64,000 nucleotides of DNA from a virus (taxonomy: Duplodnaviria; Caudoviricetes): IMG/VR virus record IMGVR_UViG_3300034520_000068, positions 1,732-65,731 of that record; one strand, given 5' to 3'. The translations under genes were made by a program, and so were the position numbers. Within the stretch, counting starts at the first letter, position 1; every line of letters starts with the position of its first letter. A model generated the notes under the pieces. That model searched no databases. It was not told the origin of the DNA and worked only from the letters and a program-made list of their open reading frames with translations. This document shows positions 1-9,589 of the stretch, in pieces.

Positions 1-48
1 CAACCCAAGGGACTGGATGATTTTTACCATTGAATCATCTGCCGCCAT
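1..48 (-). CDS. Tape measure protein, N-terminus (partial, runs off left edge)
   Basis: GGTG RBS then ATG at 48 giving MAADDSMVKIIQSLGL. Follows the tail chaperones, and the tape-measure body is open at the right edge. Confidence 0.6.
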   Translation of the reverse strand, partial: MAADDSMVKIIQSLGL

Positions 49-74
49 GAGACATCACCACTTTTCACTTAATA

Positions 75-368
75 TCATTTAATATCATTGAAAGCATTGG
101 CAAACGCCATGAATTCGGATAGCTTTGGAGGTCGGTCCGGGGTAGGGGAGGGGGGAGGATTATCCAATGCCCCGCCGAATATGCCGGGTATGCCGATTTT
201 GAGAGCAACATGCTTCCCAAGCCTGCTTCGTATAGCATCAATTTGAGGAATGGTCCTATTGCCGATTTCCTCATAAGATAGGCTTGTGTGACAAAGAAGG
301 TCCGCATAAATTTCCGCCCAATCAGGCTTTTGATTTTCGGCCCCGTCTTTTTTATTGGACGGGGCCAC
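75..368 (-). CDS. Putative tail assembly chaperone, downstream (T-like) part
   Basis: Position between chaperone and tape measure; W..I...L......S.EEI...T..Q pattern seen in such ORFs. Confidence 0.45.
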   Translation of the reverse strand: MAPSNKKDGAENQKPDWAEIYADLLCHTSLSYEEIGNRTIPQIDAIRSRLGKHVALKIGIPGIFGGALDNPPPSPTPDRPPKLSEFMAFANAFNDIK

Positions 369-370
369 TA

Positions 371-697
371 TCAGCCCGATAAATCACACAGTTTGCGGAA
401 GAAATTCTTGAGGTCAACAATATCCCATCCATCGTCAATAGCCTTCTGTAAAGACATTGGGTCGCCCTTTTCGTCAGTGCAGTAATCAGCAAGCCATTTA
501 TCAACCTTCGATTTTGCGTCTTTGTTAGCCACATTAAAAAGCTGACTGCCTAAACTGAGATTGTCGGACATGAACTCCTCAATGCGTGCAAGAGTAATCG
601 GTTTTACCGTATATGTCTTTCCCTTCGCTTCAAACGTTTCCCCTGAACCAAGCATTGTGGAGAGGGAAACGGGAGCATTAGCCTCCTGTTTGCTCAT
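371..697 (-). CDS. Putative tail assembly chaperone
   Basis: 108 aa ORF directly after major tail gene; GKTYTVKP-type motif; GGAGG RBS. Confidence 0.55.
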   Translation of the reverse strand: MSKQEANAPVSLSTMLGSGETFEAKGKTYTVKPITLARIEEFMSDNLSLGSQLFNVANKDAKSKVDKWLADYCTDEKGDPMSLQKAIDDGWDIVDLKNFFRKLCDLSG

Positions 698-716
698 ACA
701 ATCATCCTCCTATCAA

Positions 717-1517
717 TTAAGACTTAGGCGCAAACCTGAAATCTACGGCCTTGTTGTTGCCCCTGGGCTTTAATACCTTTAATGTAATGCTCTGCGGTTT
801 CGGCTCTCTGCCAAGCTCAGGAGGATTAATATTGCCGGTAGCTTTGCATTTGTCAATGATGATGGCCGCATCGTAAAGCGTGCTTTCATCTTCGCCTGTA
901 GCTTCACCGGAAATGACGCACTCCATCGCAAATCTTGAGCCAGATTTGGGAAGCCCGAAGCTCTTTGCGGTAAGTGCTGTATAGTCATAGGTGATAAATA
1001 CCGGCTTGCCTGCATCTACGCTATTGAATATAGCAGTTGAAGCACTTATTGCATACTGCCCCTGAGCAGGAGAGCTATCAACTTTAACCCATGCACTGGC
1101 ATCCTGCCCGACAAGGATTATCGGCCTTGTGGTATCGGGAGCATGACCAAGATTCACTTCAAAAGGAGAAACACTGGGGATTGTCAACTCCTGGTCAATT
1201 ACCGGCATGGGCGTGCTTGTCAAATCTTCAACAGTAGTGCCCATCAGGAAAGCATAGAGTTCAATAGGCATATAAGAGAGATTTACTGTAATGGTTCCCG
1301 CTTTTCCAGTATCCACATCGGCGGCGGGCCAATCACTATTACCGTCCGGCAATTCTGTGGTATTTACGGTTACACTGGGGACAATGGACTGCACAGCGCC
1401 ATTCCGAAAATATGAATTTTCTGCGCTCCTTACGGGAACGCCGTTCACGTATTTGGTAAGCATCAGCTTACCTGCTTTCTGGAAATAGATAGGCTGCATA
1501 ACATCAGCTCCTTTCAA
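717..1517 (-). CDS. Major tail (tube) protein
   Basis: Beta-rich ~260 aa ORF between neck genes and chaperones; likely start at MQPIYF. Confidence 0.65.
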   Translation of the reverse strand: MKGADVMQPIYFQKAGKLMLTKYVNGVPVRSAENSYFRNGAVQSIVPSVTVNTTELPDGNSDWPAADVDTGKAGTITVNLSYMPIELYAFLMGTTVEDLTSTPMPVIDQELTIPSVSPFEVNLGHAPDTTRPIILVGQDASAWVKVDSSPAQGQYAISASTAIFNSVDAGKPVFITYDYTALTAKSFGLPKSGSRFAMECVISGEATGEDESTLYDAAIIIDKCKATGNINPPELGREPKPQSITLKVLKPRGNNKAVDFRFAPKS

Positions 1518-1966
1518 ATTTTCCGTTTAAACACATATCTGCTTCCACAACAAAAAAAGCCTGACATGGTGGGAAGCTCACCAAGCTGGCCGTCAAAATA
1601 AAGATATCGGTTGTTGACTTTCTTTTCATGAAGAATCTGGTTCGCCCGTTCCTGAATCTGGTAAGCTATATAATCCTGAATTGCGGGAACGTGACAGTCG
1701 ATTTCCAGCACTTCTTCAAAAAAACTTTGGTTTCTCATCCTGCGTGACGGAATGAAGTAAACGCATAGACGTTTTTCGCTGCTTACAAGGTCATTCCACT
1801 GGCTGCGTTTAATGATTCGTTTTGCAATTTCAACAGGTGTTTTCCCTGTAAGCCCCATTAAGGAAAGTATCGTTTCATCGGATTTCAAAATGCTCTGCAC
1901 AGCCGTAAGGTCACTGGCCGGATTGAACATGGCACCACCCCTTTCAGGGCATAAAAATAACCCCAT
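1514..1966 (-). CDS. Putative tail terminator protein
   Basis: Synteny and size; likely start at MFNPAS. Confidence 0.5.
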   Translation of the reverse strand: MGLFLCPERGGAMFNPASDLTAVQSILKSDETILSLMGLTGKTPVEIAKRIIKRSQWNDLVSSEKRLCVYFIPSRRMRNQSFFEEVLEIDCHVPAIQDYIAYQIQERANQILHEKKVNNRYLYFDGQLGELPTMSGFFCCGSRYVFKRKI

Positions 1967-1974
1967 GAAGGGGT

Positions 1975-2517
1975 TTAGTTCTTATCCACAACTATGAAAC
2001 TGTGAAAAGGAAACTTATTTACAACACTCTGTATGACTTCTCTCATCCTGCCGTTTTGCATCCATCTTGCCGCTGTCTGAATAGCATGGGAGGGAGGCTG
2101 CGGTGTAACTTTTCCTAATGCTTCAAGGTCAATACCGCCCTTGCCTCTGCCGTTTACCGGCCTGCCAAATATGTCAATCTGCCCCGGAGCATTTGGCCTG
2201 CTTCGAATCTTCGTGTCGGGACGTGCGGGGTTCCACATGGCACTTTTTCGGTATTCGGTCAAAGCAGGATTGGATAAATCCATGGCCGAGCCCGTACCCC
2301 ACTCATCCATAGCCGCCCATGCGCCGCCTGCAATGGAAGCTACAATCACATTGGCTATGTCCCTGATTTCTTCTTCATGCAGGCTTGCGGCACCTTCCGG
2401 CGTCAACATCCTTTGTTTGGCTTCGTTCAACAATTCCTGCTGCAATTGCTTCATGGCGCCATAGAGATTGAGCCACAGAAAGTCTATACAGGCTTTAGCA
2501 TCAAAACGAATTCCCAT
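1975..2517 (-). CDS. Putative neck/tail-completion protein (HK97 gp10-like position)
   Basis: AAMDEWGTG resembles the A...E.GT motif; synteny. Confidence 0.45.
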   Translation of the reverse strand: MGIRFDAKACIDFLWLNLYGAMKQLQQELLNEAKQRMLTPEGAASLHEEEIRDIANVIVASIAGGAWAAMDEWGTGSAMDLSNPALTEYRKSAMWNPARPDTKIRSRPNAPGQIDIFGRPVNGRGKGGIDLEALGKVTPQPPSHAIQTAARWMQNGRMREVIQSVVNKFPFHSFIVVDKN

Positions 2518-2540
2518 AGAATCACCTTAATCTCAATATT

Positions 2541-3116
2541 TTACGGCCTTGTATCACTCTCAAGCTGGATTCTTGCAATGCCGGTCAAAACAATATCGTC
2601 GATATTGGCAACCTGATAATTGACGTCATTCAGGACAAATCTGTCAAGTTTAGCCACGCCAAGGGATTTTGACACTTGGAATATATATTTCGTCGGGTCA
2701 AACAAGCCAATGTCATATTGCAACAGTCGGTAAAAATCCACATCGCAATAACTGTAGACATTACTGTGAAGCGTCTGCCATTCCTGAACGATATTCCCGT
2801 TTTCATCCACCGTCTCGACATACCTTTTGTGCGTCAAAACAACATTTGTCTTGGCGGCAAAAAATACATCCTCGCCGGAGGCAGGGTCATGATTCACTGA
2901 CTGAATCAGATATTTGTCTGCACCTATAGTCAGTATTTCACCGCTTTGCAACCCTGCATCGGCAAGAATCAGACCTTCCCATAACGCCTCACGATTGCCG
3001 ACGTTGTTCGTGGATTTCGTGGTCCGTTTGATTGATACTCTGGAAGTAATAGGCACGTCTCTTTCGATTGTGCATATTTGACCATGAGCCTTAAGAAAAT
3101 TTGCAGCATATGACAT
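2541..3116 (-). CDS. Putative head-closure protein
   Basis: Two beta-barrel-like halves (TVDENGN...W, YQVANIDD); synteny. Confidence 0.45.
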   Translation of the reverse strand: MSYAANFLKAHGQICTIERDVPITSRVSIKRTTKSTNNVGNREALWEGLILADAGLQSGEILTIGADKYLIQSVNHDPASGEDVFFAAKTNVVLTHKRYVETVDENGNIVQEWQTLHSNVYSYCDVDFYRLLQYDIGLFDPTKYIFQVSKSLGVAKLDRFVLNDVNYQVANIDDIVLTGIARIQLESDTRP

Positions 3117-3128
3117 AGAACCACCGCC

Positions 3129-3527
3129 CTACTGGGAAAGGCCGAAATGGAGTAGGGGAGGGAGGGAGTCGGCTAGTATCTTGCCGATATATCCATCCCT
3201 TTCCGCTTCAAATTCGGCCTTCTTTTTATCCCAGTCAACATTAAGCTCGTGGGTTTCACTTGGCCCCTGCTCACGTATCGGCAAGCGTGCGGGCATGGAA
3301 GGGCATAAAAGGGCCGCACATTCGCAGACAACGGCAGCCTCAAGATAGACTTTTTTGTCATCGGTGAGACTGGCATAATCAGGAACCTGTTCGATTATGT
3401 TAGATTCAGCCACTATTATAATGTCAGGTTGTTCAATATCTGCATTTGGCAAATAAGGCTCGGATACGCCCATTTTTGAGCGTATCCTGCCTTGCCAACC
3501 TTCAGCCGTCAATATACGATTAGCCAT
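3129..3527 (-). CDS. Putative head-tail adaptor
   Basis: Helical 132 aa ORF directly after capsid gene. Confidence 0.5.
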   Translation of the reverse strand: MANRILTAEGWQGRIRSKMGVSEPYLPNADIEQPDIIIVAESNIIEQVPDYASLTDDKKVYLEAAVVCECAALLCPSMPARLPIREQGPSETHELNVDWDKKKAEFEAERDGYIGKILADSLPPLLHFGLSQ

Positions 3528-3546
3528 AGGGGATTACCCCCTTTGC

Positions 3547-4632
3547 TTAGTCAATTTCCAAGATTTTGTTAGCTTGGTTAAACATCTTGGCAAATCCGGC
3601 ATTTTCGGAAATGGTAAGCACCTGGGTTTGATTGGTAATGAATTTATCGGCTTCCTGTATATCGCTGCCGGATTCCATAACCTTCTCGATTGCATACCGC
3701 CTGTCAAGGCCATACAAAGCCACATGGTCATTGATTTTCTCCACATTCGGATTGTAGAGCAAGGTGACGTTTGTCCAGAGCTGCTGCGGCAATTCCACTC
3801 TGGCAGTAATGGCCATGCCTTTGAGCAGGAAGTCCATCATCTGGGTTGCATCGTTCGGATAGAGAATATCCAGCACCTGAAGCAATCCGTCTTCGCTCGC
3901 CACAACGGTGTTGCACTGATAAGGATAGAAGCGGAGCAAGAATCTTATCCATGCTTGTTTGGAAAGCGTTCCGGAAGTAGCTGCCGGGTCAAGGTCAGTC
4001 TTGGCCTTCAGAATAGGAGCGGCAGTATTGTCGTTGCCATCGCCATTTTTAATTACGTAAAGCACATCCTCAACTTCATCCTGTGCCGCTTGTTCACCGA
4101 TTCTCCTGATGTGGACGGAAAGCAGGTCAATCCTCATCCTTCTGATGACTTCGTAGGAAGCCTCGATAGCACGGCCATACTTCCAGATTTTTACCGCATT
4201 TTCTCTGGTTTTCAGTCTTGCCTTCGGCAGGTCGGCGGCTTCAGTTACCCTTACCTTCTTGGCGGCCTTCTTGTTGGCATCGCTGTCATCGCAGTAAACA
4301 GTCCTGTAAGCATTGCCGTCAATGGTGGTGGTGGTGGCCAGCAGGTAGGGGAGTATGCTGGAACCGACAAGGGCCTCCCTTAATTGTGTCGCTATGAATT
4401 CAGGGAAAAGCACCTTACTTTCTTCAGTTCTGTAAAAAGCCTCAACTTTTGAAGCAATTATGCCTTTTTCGGGGATAGACTGGGTGACGATTCCATGTTC
4501 CTTCAACTGATTCTCGAAAGCGGTCAGCTTACTGCCCTCGGGAGCGGGAGCAAGCTGTTCAAGCAACTGAGAAAGTGTCATTTCTTTCTCGCTTGCCTGA
4601 TTGTATAACTCTCTGGTCAATGTAAATTTCAT
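3547..4632 (-). CDS. Major capsid protein (HK97 fold)
   Basis: 361 aa; LFPEFI...V.E...LP...K.K.GRAIEASYE.I...........NGDGN pattern; position. Confidence 0.8.
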   Translation of the reverse strand: MKFTLTRELYNQASEKEMTLSQLLEQLAPAPEGSKLTAFENQLKEHGIVTQSIPEKGIIASKVEAFYRTEESKVLFPEFIATQLREALVGSSILPYLLATTTTIDGNAYRTVYCDDSDANKKAAKKVRVTEAADLPKARLKTRENAVKIWKYGRAIEASYEVIRRMRIDLLSVHIRRIGEQAAQDEVEDVLYVIKNGDGNDNTAAPILKAKTDLDPAATSGTLSKQAWIRFLLRFYPYQCNTVVASEDGLLQVLDILYPNDATQMMDFLLKGMAITARVELPQQLWTNVTLLYNPNVEKINDHVALYGLDRRYAIEKVMESGSDIQEADKFITNQTQVLTISENAGFAKMFNQANKILEID

Positions 4633-4661
4633 TAATGCTCACATCCTTTCGTTAATTTGAA

Positions 4662-5057
4662 TTAGCCTATATACACGACAACGGTATTATCAGTGGAATC
4701 CACAGATACAGCATAAGCCAGTCCTGCATTGCCGGAAGCCACCTTGCTTACGGCACCAGCACCGTTAACACAGAGGAAGTCGTTCGCGGCAGGAAGCGCA
4801 CCGGATATGCCAGGAACACCTTCCTTGAATCCTTTGACCTGAACGGTCATATATCCGTCATCCTCGTATGTCTCGATAATGCCCCTTAATGGGTCGCCAG
4901 CAGTCCCGAACCCCATCTCGCCGTTTCCGGTTACAGTAACCGCCTTGCCTTCAACAGCGGCGGCACCGGAAGCCAGCGCAACCGCACTCACGCTGCCATG
5001 CGCCTTAAATGTAGCTCGCAAAGCGCCAATGCCTTCAAATTCAATACCTCTTGCCAT
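4662..5057 (-). CDS. Putative capsid decoration/cement protein
   Basis: Gly/Ala-rich beta protein between protease and capsid genes. Confidence 0.5.
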   Translation of the reverse strand: MARGIEFEGIGALRATFKAHGSVSAVALASGAAAVEGKAVTVTGNGEMGFGTAGDPLRGIIETYEDDGYMTVQVKGFKEGVPGISGALPAANDFLCVNGAGAVSKVASGNAGLAYAVSVDSTDNTVVVYIG

Positions 5058-5126
5058 TTACACTCAACTCCTTTCAAAAAATGGGCATAAAAATAACCGC
5101 TTTTTTAGCGGTTTACGGTTTGATGT

Positions 5127-6809
5127 TTACTTTTTCACCTTAAAAGCCTCTTCCGGGATATCCTTTACAGTAACACCGGAAGATAGCCCAGCCGCAGGAT
5201 CAGTCTTTCTTCCTGCGGGGATAGCTTCTTTTGCCTGAGCTTCCCAAGTCTTCGCTATATCCTCGATTGCCTTTTTGTCCATAGTCTCGAAAGTCTTCTT
5301 CCATGTTTCGGCAGGGAAGTCATTGCCCATAGCCCTGACGCCCCATGCAATAGCCGAATCAACGGTTTCCTTGCGGTATGCTTCATATTCGGCTTTTTGG
5401 TATTTGGTCATAATGCACTCATTTTCTTTCAATGCAAGCGTTTCAGCAGATGCCTTAATGGTTTCGATGGTTCCATCCCACTTTTCGGCAATCTGGCTTA
5501 AAACATCTTCAAGTTTTGTCTCACCTTCCTTATAAGTTATTCCAAGTTTTTCAAGCATCTTCAAAACCTTTTCATCCATATGCTTTTCACCACCTTTCAT
5601 AAATGTTTGATTGTTATTCGAAAAAGCATAGACCTTTTTATGGTCTGCTTTTTTGATAAACGTCAATATCCCTCCTTTGCTGCTGTATGTGCCGTATATG
5701 CGGACGTCCGGTGGAATCTTTTTGAAATCATCGAACATCGTAAATATGCCGTATTCGTTTTCGAAATCTCCGCCTGAAGCGCTGAGGCTTGCACCGGCAC
5801 CAGGATATGCGCCGTCAAATACAGCCGAATCTTCCATCAAATATCCCGGAGGCTTGGCTATCGCCCAGCAAAGTTTGACTTCGTTAGTGTCTTCGTCAAT
5901 AACGTATTTTTTGCCTGGGATATGCGGACATTTAAACACGTTTCTTATATCCTCACCGCATATAGAACATTCGAATTTATTGGCACCCCAACCGATTGAA
6001 GTATCGAACAATACTCCCGTTTCAATGTCGGATATAATGGAATCAGTACTTATACCGTCCTTTTCAGTTCCACGTACGATATAAGTAGAACCATTAAAGG
6101 ATATCGTTTCACCTTGCATAAGCCCTTCTTTACTCAGCCAGCCTTCAAACACCCTGCCATAAGGCAATGCGGGTTTCGGCCTTCCGAATCCGGCCCATGA
6201 ATGGTCGAGAAGAAATGAAACGCCATCGTTTGCGTTTTTCTCAAAAACCTCAAGGAGTGGCACCGATAATTGTATGAAACGGTCGGGAATAATCATGTCT
6301 CCGGCCATCTTATGGGTATAAATAAAGACCTCATCTTTTGAAAGAGGTCTTTTGGCAATACGATTTATTTTTTCAAGCTGAGCCGGTGTCGGTTCGCCAA
6401 ATGTGCGGGCAAATGTTTCCATGCCGAAAGCATGGCTTTCGCCTTCGGTATTCTGGAATCTATCCATCTGCCTCTGTGCTACCCGTCTCACAGCAGGCTT
6501 GTCATCCGCCGGAATGTTGCTGTTTTCAATTCTTGCAAGCGCATTTTGCACGGCATTTCTCACTACATGAGGGGAACCGTCAATTATATCAGCATATGGG
6601 AATTTGAACTGTCCGAAATCACTTAATTCTCCTGCCTCATGCCAGAAGAACACCTTGCGGTATTTCTGCCAGTCCATTTTGTCTTTGTCGCCGCTGCCGT
6701 CGGATGAAGCCCATTGTCTGCACCGCATAACTGCGGATGTTTTGTCCCATGTCCTATCCCTGGGAGCTAATGGGAAGTCATGATATTGTTCAGCAGGCAT
6801 ATTATTCAC
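5127..6809 (-). CDS. Prohead protease/scaffold fusion
   Basis: LLDH, TSIG...CSICG...C.H.PG..Y, E.SAV..GA.P.A motifs; charged helical C-terminus; extra N-terminal domain. Confidence 0.65.
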   Translation of the reverse strand: MNNMPAEQYHDFPLAPRDRTWDKTSAVMRCRQWASSDGSGDKDKMDWQKYRKVFFWHEAGELSDFGQFKFPYADIIDGSPHVVRNAVQNALARIENSNIPADDKPAVRRVAQRQMDRFQNTEGESHAFGMETFARTFGEPTPAQLEKINRIAKRPLSKDEVFIYTHKMAGDMIIPDRFIQLSVPLLEVFEKNANDGVSFLLDHSWAGFGRPKPALPYGRVFEGWLSKEGLMQGETISFNGSTYIVRGTEKDGISTDSIISDIETGVLFDTSIGWGANKFECSICGEDIRNVFKCPHIPGKKYVIDEDTNEVKLCWAIAKPPGYLMEDSAVFDGAYPGAGASLSASGGDFENEYGIFTMFDDFKKIPPDVRIYGTYSSKGGILTFIKKADHKKVYAFSNNNQTFMKGGEKHMDEKVLKMLEKLGITYKEGETKLEDVLSQIAEKWDGTIETIKASAETLALKENECIMTKYQKAEYEAYRKETVDSAIAWGVRAMGNDFPAETWKKTFETMDKKAIEDIAKTWEAQAKEAIPAGRKTDPAAGLSSGVTVKDIPEEAFKVKK

Positions 6810-6984
6810 CTTCTTTCAAGGTCTTTACTTTCTTTTTAAAATCCATTTCCTCATATTTCCTGCAAATATCTTCGTAAATACAGCCTTCGCAATCAACACA
6901 CTCATACAGGCTATCAGAGGCCCTTTTCTTTTGTATGGAATTGTAATTTCGGCCCCTGATGTTGATTTGTTCCAAAAATGTCAC
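6802..6984 (-). CDS. Small Cys-rich hypothetical protein
   Basis: 60 aa, overlaps neighbours at both ends; CVDCEGC...C. Confidence 0.5.
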   Translation of the reverse strand: MTFLEQINIRGRNYNSIQKKRASDSLYECVDCEGCIYEDICRKYEEMDFKKKVKTLKEGE

Positions 6985-8414
6985 CTCCCGAATAAGTCTA
7001 TAACTTTCTTATCTATTTCTTTTTGTTTGCCTTCAAGCATCTTGATTTTATTGTTGATAACTTCGCTGGAATCGTTGCTAAAACTTACCCTGACCGTATC
7101 AAGCGGCGGAGTTCCAACTGCGTTTTCAACTCCCATTACTTCCTGTGCTGCCTTATTATTATCAATCCAGTTCATGATTACTGCAATTGCATAGAATTTC
7201 TCTTTAAGCAATGCAACATTAATTTTGTCAAGTTCACTCTGCCAATCAACGACATTATGAGTGAATACAGGAATGGCTTGAATACCCTTCACTCTTAACC
7301 ATAGTCGGGCTATTTCCTCAATCAGTCGCTTACTACCTCTTTGCAGGGAAAGAATACCCTGTACAAAAATTTTCATTTCTACGCTAGACCAGGTCTCTGT
7401 CCGTCCTGAGCTTCTATTTTCAAAAATGCCAAGTTGCTTCAAGCCATTTAATGTCTGTATATCCGTTAACTCATTTATAGCCCTGAAGTCAACACTTCTT
7501 GAAACATTGCTACCCTGTCCTTGATTTCTGTTCACATCATCAAAAGTAACTATATCAGAATCGGGGTGTATGTTTTTTAAGGTATTAACGATATTGTCGT
7601 ATTGTTCTTTAAGCCATGCTTGAAGCTTTGCGGCATCATTTTTTACATGAGCCGGACAGTATTTCATCATTCGTTCAAGGTTGATTTGATAGAAGTCCCT
7701 TACATAGCCCTGATGATGTAGAACGGCATGTACATCATTAAAAACCTGCAACTGGGAGTCAATAGCCTGCAATGCAGGAGCCATAATTAAATTACCACGT
7801 GGGTCATTCCCATCGGGGTCTGTAGGCACTGCAAATATATTACCCTTACTCAAGTCTATTTTGCCAGAATCAAAACCATATTGATACGGTATCCAAACTT
7901 TCTTACCATCTCGTTCTTCAAGTTCCCATGTTACGGTACGTGGGTCAATAGGATGGACTTCAACTATATCTGTCCTATCTGCATTAACTTCAACCTCGCA
8001 CATTTGAAGCCCATACAGGATACCGTTTTTATGGAATATATCAATCAAGCCATCGAGTCCCGAATTGCTGATAGAATTTATCCTTGCCGCAAACTCCCGC
8101 CATTGTTCCTCAACATCAGTCAATACAACGCCTTTGCTTCGTGTATTAATGCCGTAAAATTTCATCTGGTGCCCCTGATTTGCAAGCCTGATGAAATTCC
8201 ATAGCGCCATAGAAGCATCAGGTGTCTTTTTGACTATAAACTCAATAGCATTGGCTTCATCTGAAATTCTGCGCAATTCATCAAGCAATTTTGCGCTTCT
8301 TGAACGATAAGGGGAAAGTATTGTCCTAATATTACCAGCAGCGGAAACTCGCCCGGTCGGTATGTTCCGAGGCTCATCCCTGGACCGTGCAAAAATTCTA
8401 TTCCAAAACGCCAT
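6981..8414 (-). CDS. Portal protein
   Basis: 477 aa upstream of protease; HPIDPRTV and DPRG..I..PAL motifs. Confidence 0.75.
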   Translation of the reverse strand: MAFWNRIFARSRDEPRNIPTGRVSAAGNIRTILSPYRSRSAKLLDELRRISDEANAIEFIVKKTPDASMALWNFIRLANQGHQMKFYGINTRSKGVVLTDVEEQWREFAARINSISNSGLDGLIDIFHKNGILYGLQMCEVEVNADRTDIVEVHPIDPRTVTWELEERDGKKVWIPYQYGFDSGKIDLSKGNIFAVPTDPDGNDPRGNLIMAPALQAIDSQLQVFNDVHAVLHHQGYVRDFYQINLERMMKYCPAHVKNDAAKLQAWLKEQYDNIVNTLKNIHPDSDIVTFDDVNRNQGQGSNVSRSVDFRAINELTDIQTLNGLKQLGIFENRSSGRTETWSSVEMKIFVQGILSLQRGSKRLIEEIARLWLRVKGIQAIPVFTHNVVDWQSELDKINVALLKEKFYAIAVIMNWIDNNKAAQEVMGVENAVGTPPLDTVRVSFSNDSSEVINNKIKMLEGKQKEIDKKVIDLFGR

Positions 8415-8424
8415 AGCATCACCT

Positions 8425-8697
8425 TCATTCCTTTAACTTTTCTATTTCCTCAAGCAACTGCGCCTTTGCAAGATTGATTATATGCGGACTCTTCTCGATA
8501 AGTTCCTTAAGAAATCTCACATCAGACTTATCAACATCAATCTCGCCGTCATTGGTGAGATTAACCGCCCATGTAATCATCTTTGCAGGCTTGCCGGTAG
8601 TAGCAAGAGCCAGCACATTCGCCAGAATATCGCTGAGCTTTTCCGGCAACGGTTCGCCTTTGAGATTCAATAGGTTTTTATCAAGGTTAAGTTTCAT
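8425..8697 (-). CDS. Hypothetical protein
   Basis: 90 aa ORF coupled to neighbours. Confidence 0.6.
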   Translation of the reverse strand: MKLNLDKNLLNLKGEPLPEKLSDILANVLALATTGKPAKMITWAVNLTNDGEIDVDKSDVRFLKELIEKSPHIINLAKAQLLEEIEKLKE

Positions 8698-9268
8698 TTA
8701 CTTTCGCCTCCGCTTTCTTTGCCAGAGCATACACAAGATATGGTTCTGACGGCTCAGGGCCGAAGCGTTTGGCCCATTCTGCGCCTGCTAATCCGCTTTT
8801 GACAATTTTTAGCCCTGCATCTTTGTGCAATTCCTCAAAATTTGGAATATCAAAATCAAGTTCATTTTTCCATTCAGCCGTAGTTTTTGCCTTCGCCTTC
8901 TTGTATGCAAGGCAGTTTTTATTAGGCACATAGTTCAGTATATATTTTCTGCTCAGTGAGGCCATATTCTTGATGATTTCCGGTATTTCGCCAATAGGGA
9001 AATGCTCAAGTAAACCAGATGAGAATACAAGGTCATATTTCTTCTTACCTTTAGGATTAATCTCTCTTATATCAGCTTTAAGCACATCTTTTCTTTGCGG
9101 ATTCAGGTCTATGCCAGAAACTTCAATATCCATGCTGTGTAATGCTTCAAGCAATTCACCCGACAGGCATCCGACTTCAAGCGCCGATTTAATATCAAGC
9201 TTATTTACAAGGTTAGCAAATTCCTGTATAAAAGCTTCGTCATTGAATTTCATATAATCAACCTCCAA
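8687..9268 (-). CDS. Class I SAM-dependent methyltransferase
   Basis: LEVGCLSG motif I, GID, YDLVFSSGLLEH. Confidence 0.8.
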   Translation of the reverse strand: MEVDYMKFNDEAFIQEFANLVNKLDIKSALEVGCLSGELLEALHSMDIEVSGIDLNPQRKDVLKADIREINPKGKKKYDLVFSSGLLEHFPIGEIPEIIKNMASLSRKYILNYVPNKNCLAYKKAKAKTTAEWKNELDFDIPNFEELHKDAGLKIVKSGLAGAEWAKRFGPEPSEPYLVYALAKKAEAKVNET

Positions 9269-9274
9269 ATGCGT

Positions 9275-9589
9275 TTATTGTGGATTGTTCGGGTCCTGAT
9301 AAATAAATCCCAACGTTTTCATCCGTTGTTCATGCTTTTGTTTGATAAATTCCTGAGCTTTTTTGATTTTCTCAGTAGGGAAGTGGTCTTTGGAATAAAG
9401 TATTCCTTCCGGGTCGTCCCGATAGTCCCATATACCATTAAGTTTTTCTGTACCATCATCGTCAACAGCCACTTCCAGAGCTAAGCCAAGCGGATGGAAG
9501 AATGCTCGGTTAACTTCTGCAAGAAGCCCCATTTCCCTGAATTCCTTAATATCCATTCTTTTAATCTTGTTATCCATAAAATTTATCAA
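9275..9589 (-). CDS. Hypothetical phage protein
   Basis: 104 aa; G.L.EVNR.FFHPLGLALEV and WDYRDDPEG; GGAGG RBS. Confidence 0.65.
   Translation of the reverse strand: MINFMDNKIKRMDIKEFREMGLLAEVNRAFFHPLGLALEVAVDDDGTEKLNGIWDYRDDPEGILYSKDHFPTEKIKKAQEFIKQKHEQRMKTLGFIYQDPNNPQ

Noticed and set aside
360-400. Programmed -1 frameshift between tail chaperone ORFs
   Set aside because: The frames are compatible, but I found no canonical slippery heptamer after the last -1 frame stop.
3574-4383. 269 aa plus-strand ORF and similar antisense ORFs
   Set aside because: Shadow frames opposite well-supported genes.
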